A DNA stretch of 64,000 nucleotides. It comes from Antedon mediterranea. Lineage: Eukaryota; Animalia; Echinodermata. This document shows, in pieces, positions 12,701 to 22,279 of the stretch (position 1 is the first letter of the stretch; each line of letters opens with the position of its first letter). Position numbers and translations under genes: made by a program. The notes below the pieces were generated by a model, which had not been told where the DNA came from, searched no databases, and worked only from the letters and a program-made list of their open reading frames with translations. The DNA lies in assembly GCF_964355755.1 (NCBI RefSeq), contig NC_092677.1:26213175-26277174 (forward strand), in the 5' to 3' direction.

Positions 12701-15700
12701 TTAGTTTTAAACCAAGTTATCTTTATTTCCTAATAAATGGCAGCTTGAAAACAAACCTTTCATTTAATTTCCTTAGATATTCTGGGATCTTATCTGCTTA
12801 CGGGATGGCGCTTGCAGACGTGGTTTGTGAAAGTCAAGAGCCGTGTGCTTTGCCCTATCAAAAAGACAACTTTAACAAGTTCGATGAAAAGTTAGACAAA
12901 CTAACACAAGACTGTGTCAAATCACTTCAAGAACAAGGTTTTACCAAAGAGCAAATACACACCGAGGTGTTCTTACATATGCGGTATCAGAAGACGGACT
13001 GCGCCCTCATGTGTTCGCCAATACCAAGTACAAACGATTCAAGTCCTAAATGCGGAGATTTTGAAACTGCATTCACGAACCGGTAAGTCTTCTAGATGAT
13101 ATTTTATAAAACGAAAGTATACAATAAATTCTCTTAGTAGAAATTTACAGTTGAATTAGCTTAAAGATATATTATCCCCCTAACATTTTTTGTTGAATAT
13201 GCCATATGTTTTAATATCACTTACTAGTTATTCACTTTGACCAAAAACTGGATGGGAAAAAAAATGTATTTACCTGAAAAAACTGTAATTTAAAGCAAAA
13301 AAATAGTTATTTTGTGAAAACATTTTTTTCAAACAGTTTTTTTTCTGTGCAAGTAATTAACTTTATTAAAAATACAAAATGGCCTATACAAAGTTTGATT
13401 TTATTGACCTTCATTTTTCACGTTTTTGGTGGACAATACATCTTTAAGATTAAATTCTGGTTTATTTCAGATATCAAAGAGAATTTGGTTTCACGATTGC
13501 TGGTAGGGACATAATTATTGATGATATCCGTGTTCGAGGTATCGGAAAAACTGTAACGCAAGATAACACTCAATTGACACAAAGTTCAGAAGTGCCTATA
13601 CCCGAGAAGGTAACATTACTTGCATATGATTAACAGTAAAGCTCTGTCCACACTATCAAACTAGTTTGACATAAAAAGTGTGATGTGCCCATGTATAGTA
13701 GTAATATGCCCAAATATTGTAGTGATATGCCCAAATATGGTAGTGATATGCCCAAATATGGTAGTGATATGCCCAAATATTGTAGTGATATGCCCAAATA
13801 TGGTAGTGATATGCCCAAATATGGTAGTGATATGCCCAAATATTGTAGTGATATGCCCAAATATTGTAGTGATATGCCCAAATATTGTAGTGATATGCCC
13901 AAATATGGTAGTGATATGCCCAAATATTGTAGTGATATGCCCAAATATGTTAGTGATATGACATCATCATGTCCATATTTGGGTACCTTAAATTTTGTTA
14001 CTAGTATTTATTCACTATGAAAACTTTTAACAATAATGTGTGCCTTTGTTGCTAGGTTACAAAATGCTACTTTGAGAAAGGTTATCAAGACACTGGTATA
14101 TTTCTGTTGGAGAAATTGATGTTTGGACAGACAATTACTGGTCCAGCTATTCTAATAGAAAAGAACAGTACAATATTAGTGGAGCCTAACTGCCAAGCAA
14201 TGATCACAGCAGCGGGTGATGTTAAAATACAGGTAGTGACTCTTGGGCACATAGATAAGGGGTAGTAATTTGAGCTTAAGAATCCGGAATAGAACCGTAA
14301 TATTTTAGTAGTGTCTAATGGCCAATAGCACTCAGTTAGGAAATGTCAAAATACAAATATGTTATTTATTTATTTATACTGAACAACCTCTTCAGCCCAG
14401 TTCAGTGGCTGTGATGTATTTGTACACTGGGTTAACCCCCTACTCATCTCGAAAGATGTACTAGGTTCTTTAAAATGCACATGAGCCAGATGTGTACACT
14501 GAACCTACGGGTTATAGTCCTTATCCAAGAAGAATTGTTCTACCACCAGAACAATGGAGCGAGTAAGCCTCGGATCCTTGCCTGTGTTATGACTACGTAA
14601 TTAATTGGCCAATGAATTAATTATAAAATGCTTACACCATTCTCATGCTTTTTTAGGTCGGATCTGGAGAAGTTAAAAAAGTTGGAACAGACTTGGACAT
14701 GATTCAGTTGTCAATTTTCTCTCATCGTTTCATGAGCACAGCTGAACAGATGGGTAGAATTCTACAGAGAACGTCAATATCAACTAACATCAAGGTAGTA
14801 TGTGTATGATAGCTACTAGAAAACTAAATTGGAGTGTGCTAGTGATGGGAACAGACACACACAGGCTGTAGATTTGCGATATTATTTGGCTGGTTTCTTT
14901 CCAACGCTGGAGGCCTCAGGCATTTTTAGCCCTTTTCTACATATTTTAATGCTTGGTTATTCCTCTGGGCACTGCTCAGGGCCCTCATAAACTCTGGGGC
15001 CCCTGGGTTTAGCCTATGAGCGCTCCTAGCCGTTACTCCACTGGCTAACAAATGATATTCTATATTTTTATAGGATAATTCTGGAATCATTTTTTATTAG
15101 GCCAGCCTGTTCTTTTTCTTGTTCACTTTCCAAAGCTTTGTCCACAGGAACGATTAGATTTTCATGTGCTGTTTTTGGCTAGTCTGTTTCTTTTTTAATT
15201 TTCTTTAATTTTTTTCACAGGAACGGTTGGATTTTTCATGTGCTGTGTTTGGGGACAATGGCGGACTGGTCGCCAATGCCCCACACATACCTGTACATCT
15301 TGGTGCTATGCAAGACACTGTACAATACCAGGTAGAAATATTAAGAACTAGAAATATTTAAAATAACATTAATTAGTCAATAGAATTTTGATTATTTCGT
15401 GCAATGCTTGTCATAATGTAAAACGTTTGTTTTTTTAGATTCGAACACTTGGTGATGAGATACATGAGGGCGACATGATCCTTAGCAACCATCCACGCGC
15501 TGGTGGAAGCCATCTTCCTGATCTAACTGTCATTACACCGGTAAGAACATTTAGTTTCAGACTGAAACAAAAAATGTCATATTTTGTTTACAATATTCAA
15601 TTAATCATAAAGTCAGACAAAATATATATTTCCTAAAAAATTGGTAGCTTTCTCAATTAACTAGAGAGCATACACTTAAAACTATTTTTTAGGTCTTCCA

Positions 15701-18700
15701 TAAAGGCACAAAGAAGCCAGTGTTTTTTGTAGCCAGTCGGGGTCACCATGCAGACATTGGAGGTAAGACTCCAGGGTCTATGCCTCCGTTTTCAAAGACG
15801 CTTGATGAAGAGGGTGCTGTATTTTGGTCTTTTAAACTTGTCAAAAATGGAGTCTTCCAAGAAGAGGGTAAGTATCATTTGTATCTTTATCTGTTTGTGC
15901 AGAGCAATTCATTTCTACTTCTAGATACACTTTATACAAATAAATGGAGCTGTAGCTTGGTGGTTAACATGCTTGCCTATCTCAAGGTCCTGACATTGTA
16001 ACTCACGACTCTTTCAACTCCACTCCCTAAGCCTCAAATGAGACTTAGTTTATAAGCACGATAAATTATTAAATCCATCCTGTAATTGCTGAGTCACTTG
16101 CTGTGTGAAATAAAACAAAATACAAAAAATGTATTCTCATTGTCTTGCTATACTAAAGTGAATTTATTGTAAAAACCAAATTGGAGGGAGTAATTTAAAA
16201 TTGACGTTTCTCACCTTTTACAGCTGTCACTGAAGCTTTTATGGCACCTGGCAAAATACCTGGCAATAGTGGTACTCGTAATCTCTATGACAACCTGGCT
16301 GACCTCAGGGCTCAAGTGGCAGCCAATCAGAAGGTGTGTTTTGCTCTTTTTGTTTACCAAATTTACAATTAAATAATATTTATGATTATGTTTCATATTA
16401 TTTTTTCATTATCTGTTTACAAATGACAATAAATTTATTACACTCTATTAGAGAGGTTTCGCAATCTTACGAATACGATAACAAAAACGGATACGTCACG
16501 CGCACGTATTCGTTTTCGTAAGCCAGTAAAAATCTGTTTCGCATGGCAATGAAATATTGAGGGCGCCGTCCAAAATATGACTGCGGTAAATTTGAATTAC
16601 GTGTTGCTTGGTGCTTGGCTGCCTAGGCCTAGCGTAACATCAATGCGAGTGAGGACTTTAAAAACTGCTATTTATCAAAATTGACCGGGCATTTTCGTAA
16701 ATTACTTTAGTAAATTACTTTCAATAAATCTATAATTATATTATAATCATGAATCATTCCTGATTCAAATGCAAAATGTGCAAAATAGATCAAAAACTAT
16801 ACTCGTTTTGTAGTTACAAATATGACTGGTGATATTCGTCAACACGAATACGCTTTACGAATATGAAATGGGGATCAGCTCAAAAGTTTCACAAATGCGT
16901 GACGTATCCGTTTTCGTTATCGTATTCGTAAGGTTGCGAAACCTCCCTATTACTGTATGAATATAAAAATCAAATAAAACTATGTACACAGTATAATGCT
17001 CTCTTTCTCCATTTCAGGGCGTTGTTCTTATAGAACAGCTTATTGAAGAGTATAGTCTTTCTGTGGTGCAGGCCTACATGCAACATATACAGAATACCGC
17101 TGAGGTCGCTATTAAAGACATGCTGCGACAGATTGGCCGCCAGACGCAGCAACATACCGGTCAAACCAAACTGATGGCGGTTGATCACATGGATGATGGG
17201 ACGCCGCTGAAACTGACCGTCGATATTGATATTGAAGAGGTGATTTGACGTGATTATAATGGGCCTACTTTTCATAAATATTTAAACAGGGAGTCGTTTT
17301 TTTTTTTAGGTTAATGTATTTCTGTGTCTTCGCAGGGTTCTGCTGTGTTTGATTTTGAAGGGACTGGTCCGGAAGTACACGGTAACAAGAACGCACCTCG
17401 CGCTATCACTACCTCCGCCATCATATACTGCTTGCGATGTATGGTGGGACATGATATACCTCTTAATCAGGTATGTAATGTTTGTACAACTGTATTTTCT
17501 TTTCGGCTGCCTGAATCAAGTCCAACTGTGTCCACACACATTGTTGACCGCTACTTGTGTGTGGTATTTTCTTTTTCAGGACTGCCTGAATCTAGTTAAA
17601 CTGTGTCCACACACATTGTTGACTGCTACTTGTTTGTTTTATTTTCTTTTCAGGGCTGCTTGAATCCAGTCAAAATCATTGTTCCAGAGGGCTGTATTCT
17701 GGCGCCGTCTGAAAATGCTGCAGTTGTTGGTGGCAATGTACAGACATCCCAACGTGTTGTAGATGTCGTATTGAAGACATTCAACGTATGCGCTGCATCT
17801 CAGGTACGTGTAATTTTAATATTAAAAGAACCTCTTCAGGTCTTATCAAACTGTACCCTAATTCGAGTGTCCCCTGAATAGGTTGGCTGCATAGTTCAAG
17901 ATATATTGCCTGTTTTTTAGGTGTCCCAATGGGTTCTACCAACCAACTTTGATGTTCTTCCTGTTTCTTCGTACTTTCTCTTCTCCTATTTACATTTCCT
18001 ATAGTATCTCTCTTCCTATTACATTTCTCTTTCCTTCTCTCTATCCTCTTCATCTCACATCTCTCCTCCCCTCTACTCTTTTCTTTTCATTCCCCTTTAT
18101 TTTTAAATTATTTGCATTTATTTTGACCACTTCTATTATGTATAGGGCTGTATGAACAACATGACGTTTGGAGACAGTGACGTTGGATACTATGAAACAT
18201 TGGCTGGCGGCCACGGTGCTGTAAGTTTCAACTTTGACCCCAGGGTGCTGCATCATTTTGCATGTGTATAATTTTTTTAATTGTACCTGAATAAAATTAA
18301 TTAATGTAATGAATTGAATTATTGGTAACAAATGGTGTTCATAATTTAATTGTTTTTACATTATAAAACAAAAACAAAAATTTTATGTGACAAAAAAATA
18401 TGATGTGCCCATATATGATGATGTCATATCACTACTATATTTGGCATATCACTACCATATTTGGGCACATCACACTATTTTGTCAAACTTGTTTGATAGT
18501 GTAGACAGAGCTTAAGACTAGTTGACATGCATTGAACTTTTAAATAGGGACCTGGATGGGATGGAAGAGGTGGTGTCCACACACATATGACAAACACTCG
18601 AATCACAGACCCTGAAATATTTGAAAGAAGGTTTGTGTATTTTCAATTTTCATGACACAAAGTTTGTTACTTGTTTATTATCCACACTACACTAGTGGTT

Positions 18701-20666
18701 GATGGTTTTTAAATTTGTATAGCACAAAATACAAATAGTCTCTATGTGCTCTCATACTGTTTGGAGAATATTTATTGAATATTGAAAAAATGAATTGAAT
18801 ATTTAACTAGTGCTATTAAAAGTGTACTAAACATGCATTATCCATGAAAAATAAAGCTGAATAAATCACTTTTTTTATCGTTTTTTAAAGTTATTCACTT
18901 TTAGTACAAAATAATATTTCACTTATGATTTCACTTATATAAAGGACTGAATAAATAGTTAAATGTAAACAAAAACCTATCAAACAATTTTTTTTCTTCT
19001 CAACAATTCATTTTTATTCCTAGATACCCGGTTGTACTGAAAAACTTCCAGTTAAATTCTGGATCCGGTGGGGATGGGAAATGGATCGGAGGAGAAGGCG
19101 TCATTCGGGAAGTTCTATTCCGAAAGCCATTGACACTGTCGATTCTAACAGAACGAAGGAGTTTCCAACCGTACGGAATGGCGGGAGGGCAACCTGGAAA
19201 ACGTGGGAAAAACCTGATGCTCTTTCACGATGGAAGGCTGATTAATCTAGGAGGAAAGAATTCAGTTGATGTTGTTGCTGGGGTAATGATTACTTTTAAT
19301 GTTCATTCATTTATCAGTGGAAAATTACTTCTATTTATTGTCATTTGCATATAAAATATACATAGAAATTATGTTTGCTTTGAGATATACAAAAACAGAT
19401 AAATGAAAAACTAACAATTACAAAGTGTCACATTACTTCAGTTCCCGAATGGTAGCTATTTGTTCAAGTTGTGGTAATTGAAAAAAACTGCAAAGTTAGT
19501 AGAGCATCTCTTACAGGGAACAACAGATTTGAAACAGTCTTCCACCATGGACCTAATTATAGGTCCAACAGTGAAATAAAGTGGTTCGGTTTTCGCAAGA
19601 AAAGGGAACAATCTCTCTTCAATCCACTGGGTTGCAACAGCCTCTGTGAAAAAGTTGTCAGGTTGAAACCTTACCAACCGTACTGGTGGCTACAGCCCAG
19701 TCCAAGCTCCAACCGTACTGGTGGCTACAGCCCAGTCCAAGCTCCAACCGTACTGGTGGCTACAGCTCAGTCCAAGCTTCCACAAAAACAGAAACAAATT
19801 GTTTAGTTTTTTTTATTAGTTTTTCTATTTTGTTCAATTTGTTGGTTTAAGGATCTGTGTATTAGGGAGGTTTCGCAACCTGACGAATACGATAACGAAA
19901 ACGGATACGTCACGCATTCTGAAACTTATGAGCTGATCCCCATTTCATATTCGTAAAGCATTTTCGTGTTCCCCAGTCATATTCGTAACTACAAAACGAC
20001 TATAGTTTTTGATCTATTTTGCACATTTTGCATTTGAATCATGAATGATTCATGATTATAATATAATTATAGATTTATTGAAAGTAATTTACTAAAGTAA
20101 TTTACTAAAATGCCAGGTCAATTTTGATAAATAGCAGTTTTTAAAGTCCTCACTCGCGTTGGTGTTACGCTAGGCCTAGGCAGCCAAGCACCAAGCTTAA
20201 GCAACACGTACCTGCGCTTCGCTCAAATTTACCGCAGTCATATTTTGGACGGCGCCCTCAATATTTCGTTGCCATGCGAAACAGATTTTTTTATGGCTTA
20301 CGAAAACGAATACGTGTGCGTGACGTATCCGTTTTCGTTATTGTATTCGTAAGATTGCGAAACCTCTCTATTATTACTTAGTTAATAGATGATCTTGTTT
20401 CATTTATCATTTTTCTGGTTTGCATTAGTATTTTCTTTGATAAACCTGACAATATTATCCAATAATATTTACAGATATTATTTATTGTTTTACAGGATTG
20501 CCTGCAGACCTTTACCCCAGGGGGAGGGGGATATGGAGTAAAAGATGAAGAAATTCAACAATCGGACCTTCCTAGAAAAAGACGACGAATAAATAGTGCT
20601 AAAGAGAATGATTTTCATGGTCGTGGAAGTCTAAGTGCCTTTAAAGCAGCTCAAGAACAGGCTTAA
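6713..20666 (+). CDS. OPLAH: 5-oxoprolinase (ATP-hydrolysing), 26 coding exons, 1296 aa
   Basis: Exons: 6713-6874, 8200-8391, 8547-8678, 9380-9486, 9870-9985, 10426-10558, 10670-10782, 11238-11326, 11675-11792, 12017-12159, 12292-12524, 12777-13082, 13471-13609, 14056-14232, 14657-14794, 15221-15331, 15439-15540, 15693-15867, 16224-16333, 17018-17239, 17336-17470, 17654-17803, 18146-18220, 18548-18630, 19024-19282, 20496-20666. All are GT-AG with consistent phases and sum to 3891 nt. Motifs: [98 protein letters not shown]. Confidence 0.96.
7081..7235. repeat. Palindromic element (~50-bp arms, ~20-nt spacer) in the first coding intron of OPLAH
   Basis: ACAATTTTTTAATAGTTTATATCAGCCTCTGCTTTTACAGATTTTTTCGAG ... 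CTCGAAAAAATCCTTAAAAGCAGAGGCTGATATAAACTAATTAAAAAATTGT. Confidence 0.75.
8719..9068. mobile_element. Degenerate TIR element (Tourist-like MITE)
   Basis: GGTTCCCACT at the left end and AGTGGGAACCAAGCT|TAA at the right end, with internal repeated TTTGATTTCACGCAG. Confidence 0.55.
9222..9359 (-). mobile_element. MITE family A copy
   Basis: TGTCTACACTATCAAACT...GTTTGATAGTGT inverted ends with two internal 21-bp units. Confidence 0.75.
9543..9722. repeat. ~32-bp minisatellite (TATGATCACAATCATCATCATCTTAATCAGTT) x ~6, followed by degenerate (ATC)n
   Basis: Direct tandem copies are visible in OPLAH intron 4. Confidence 0.85.
10100..10290 (+). mobile_element. SINE fragment with a CORE/Meta-like central domain
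   Basis: GTATCCTTAGGCAAGACACTTTAC...GTCCACCCAAGTGTACAAATGGGTA resembles the GTGTCCTTGGGCAAG.CACTT...CCACCCAG.TGTA.AAATGGGTAC core of animal SINEs. The tRNA head is not clearly preserved. Confidence 0.55.
10853..11174 (+). mobile_element. MITE family D-related copy containing a 17-bp minisatellite (AGAGCTTAAGGGGCCCY x ~12, 10882-11090)
   Basis: GCTCACTGGCTAAA start and TAAACCAGG...TTGCGCCAACTG end align with 4387-4566. The tandem unit is directly visible. Confidence 0.7.
12618..12711. repeat. ~22-bp degenerate tandem repeat TAGAGATATCTTAGTTTTAAA x ~4
   Basis: Direct copies in OPLAH intron 11. Confidence 0.7.
13161..13447 (+). mobile_element. MITE family C (TTAA-flanked), copy 3
   Basis: TTAA|AGATATATTATCCCCC...GGACAATACATCT|TTAA; the body matches 2805-3118. 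Confidence 0.75.
13637..14000 (+). mobile_element. MITE family A copy whose internal 21-bp unit is expanded to ~13 copies (13685-13957)
   Basis: TAA|AGCTCTGTCCACACTATCAAACTAG terminus, then (GCCCAAATATKGTAGTGATAT)n, then the family tail ATGACATCATCATGTCCATAT. Confidence 0.85.
14362..14615 (-). mobile_element. DeuSINE/Nin-domain SINE
   Basis: The reverse complement reads GGATAAGGACTATAACCCGTAGGTTC...TTAAAGAACCTAGTACATCTTTCGAGATGAGTAGGGGGTTAACCCAG, resembling the Deu/Nin core of AmnSINE1-type elements, and ends in an (AAAT)n tail at ~14362-14377. Confidence 0.65.
14898..15043 (-). mobile_element. MITE family D, partial inverted copy
   Basis: Reverse complement of ~4387-4513; ends in GCCGTTACTCCACTG. 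Confidence 0.75.
15946..16130 (+). mobile_element. Degenerate tRNA-derived SINE candidate
   Basis: A-box-like head GGAGCTGTAGCTTGGTGGTTAACATGCTTGCCT and an A-rich tail AAATAAAACAAAATACAAAAAA. No B box or cloverleaf. Confidence 0.35.
16450..16948 (+). mobile_element. MITE family B (~500 bp, ~52-bp TIRs, 3-bp ATT TSD), copy 1
   Basis: ATT|AGAGAGGTTTCGCAATCTTACGAATACGATAACAAAAACGGATACGTCACGC ... GCGTGACGTATCCGTTTTCGTTATCGTATTCGTAAGGTTGCGAAACCTCCCT|ATT. An ANT-type TSD suggests the PHIS group (Pangu-like); this assignment is inference. Confidence 0.88.
17960..18100. repeat. CT-rich low-complexity tract
   Basis: Degenerate (CT/CCT/CTT)n run in OPLAH intron 22. Confidence 0.6.
18381..18515 (-). 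mobile_element. MITE family A copy
   Basis: Ends GTTTGATAGTGTAGACAGAGCT|TAA and carries two internal 21-bp units. Confidence 0.75.
19672..19778. repeat. 36-bp tandem repeat x3 (CCAACCGTACTGGTGGCTACAGCCCAGTCCAAGCT)
   Basis: Three near-identical direct copies in OPLAH intron 25. Confidence 0.85.
19864..20369 (-). mobile_element. MITE family B, copy 2 (inverted relative to copy 1)
   Basis: ATT|AGGGAGGTTTCGCAACC...ATTGCGAAACCTCTCT|ATT. The body is a near-identical reverse complement of 16450-16948. Confidence 0.88.
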
Positions 20667-20735
20667 GTAATTAATTAATTTTCACAGTTTTTTCATGAAA
20701 ATTGTATTTTTAAATGTAGCTAAATGGCACAATGG

Positions 20736-20948
20736 TAATACCGAGTGGCAAAGGCGCGCATATAGGCGTGGTATAATATCTAACTTGCCGTTTAACACAA
20801 TAGCATTCGTATTGATTTAGACTTGATACCAAGGTCCATACGATGGCAAACGTTGACGATCTCAAACATCGTCAATACCGATACAGCTGGCAAAGGCGCG
20901 CATATAATACCTAACTTGCCGTTTAAGACAATTGCATTCGTTCGATGT
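20736..20948. repeat. Imperfect ~75-bp direct duplication downstream of the OPLAH stop
   Basis: TGGCAAAGGCGCGCATATA...TAACTTGCCGTTTAA.ACAAT.GCATTCGT occurs at ~20746 and ~20888; a third TAGCATTCGTTCGAT fragment lies at ~21047. Confidence 0.7.
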
Positions 20949-21080
20949 ATGAAATGACCGTAAACTTTTTATGAGAAACCTATTCTTCAAGACCCCCGCA
21001 CCAAGGACAGTGCGTGTCTTATTGTAAATCATTCAACATGGTCATCTAGCATTCGTTCGATAATTCTTTAGAAAATAAAC

Positions 21081-21124
21081 CCTAACTCACTGCTTATATC
21101 ATTATACTGCCCTCTGTACATTAT
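21081..21124 (-). repeat. First fragment of the satellite (minus orientation), cut by a LINE insertion
   Basis: CCTAACTCACTGCTTATATCATTATACTGCCCTCTGTACATTAT; the monomer resumes as TATCTGAGTGC at 25083. Confidence 0.85.
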
Positions 21125-22260
21125 TTTTCAGCTCATTGAAAATGAGATGATGCATATTTTAAATAAATACGGTAGAGGATATTTTATCATCGCAGGGGAT
21201 TTCAACGCCCGTACAGCAGAATTAGATGATTACAATTTAATCGAATCAGTAAGAAATGAAAATGACGAGTTAGACCAACCAGACGTATACACCAAAAAAA
21301 GAAAATCAATGGATGGCAATGTAAACGAATATGGAACGAATTTAATACATTTCTGCAAATACACTAAGATGAGAATTCTCAACGGAAGAATGCATGGTGA
21401 TCAGGACATAGGTTTTTTAACTTACCTAACAAAGCAAGGGAAAAGTACGGTAGATTACATTATTGCAGATGAAAAATTATTAATAACAAACATTTTTAGT
21501 AGTTTTGAAATCGTTAACAGACATGAATCCGACCATCTACCAATATCTTTCTCAATTGAAGTTAAAACGCAGAAATCAAGTAGAGAACCTAACAATACAT
21601 GCGAAGAATGCACAACTAGCGAAAAGATAGTATTCGACGCAGAAATCAACATCGACAAAGAAATAACGGAACGAAAACACGCACAAGAAACCCTTAATAA
21701 CATAGAAGCAGATTCGCACACGAGTGAAAACTCCGTAACAGATCTCACTGCATTCTTGCTAAAGTTTGGAAAGAAAGTTAAATCATGCATATTCATTAGC
21801 AATAACAATAGACCAAACGTAGAGAAGCCATGGTTCGATAATGAATGCCACGTGACATTATGCGACGCAACCTCAACCGATTCAGAGAGAACAGAACTGA
21901 TTCGCTACTTAAAGAATATGTAGAAAGCAAAATAGTCTATAAAAACCTAATTAGAAAGAAACGTAGAATATTTGAAAGAGATGAAGAGAAAAAAATGTTA
22001 ACAGCTTTACACAGAAACGAAAAAGGATTTTGGGACATGTTTAAAGACTCAAAGAAATTATTAAGCAATATTCCTAAAACGTGTAAAAATTGGTATGACT
22101 ACTTCAAATCAGTATTCAATAAATCAATTTTAAGCAACAAGCCACCCTTAATAGAAAATCCATCTCTAACTCTAACTCAGAATAATACCCCTCTGATTAC
22201 AATATTAGAAGTTATAGACAGCATTAAACATCTTAAATTAAATAAATCACCGAAAATCCC
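21125..22260 (+). mobile_element. Outer non-LTR retrotransposon (RTE-X-like LINE), 5' segment: truncated APE endonuclease plus linker, frameshifted
   Basis: IAGDFNART, ILNGR, STVDYII and SDHLPI endonuclease motifs; KPWFDNEC; frameshift near 21850; ends at LKLNKSP (start of RT) before a G run. Confidence 0.85.
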
Positions 22261-22279
22261 GAGGGGGGGGGGGGGGGTC

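Noticed and set aside
13630-14020. Heptad-repeat ORFs (MPKYGSD, VVICPN, GISLQYL) in three frames
   Set aside because: Artefact of a 21-bp minisatellite inside an intronic MITE.
15946-16030. tRNA gene
   Set aside because: Only an A-box-like head; no T-arm/B box or cloverleaf.
6713-20666. Bacterial hydantoinase/oxoprolinase genes or horizontal transfer
   Set aside because: It is a single fused eukaryotic-type OPLAH with 25 canonical introns in its coding region.
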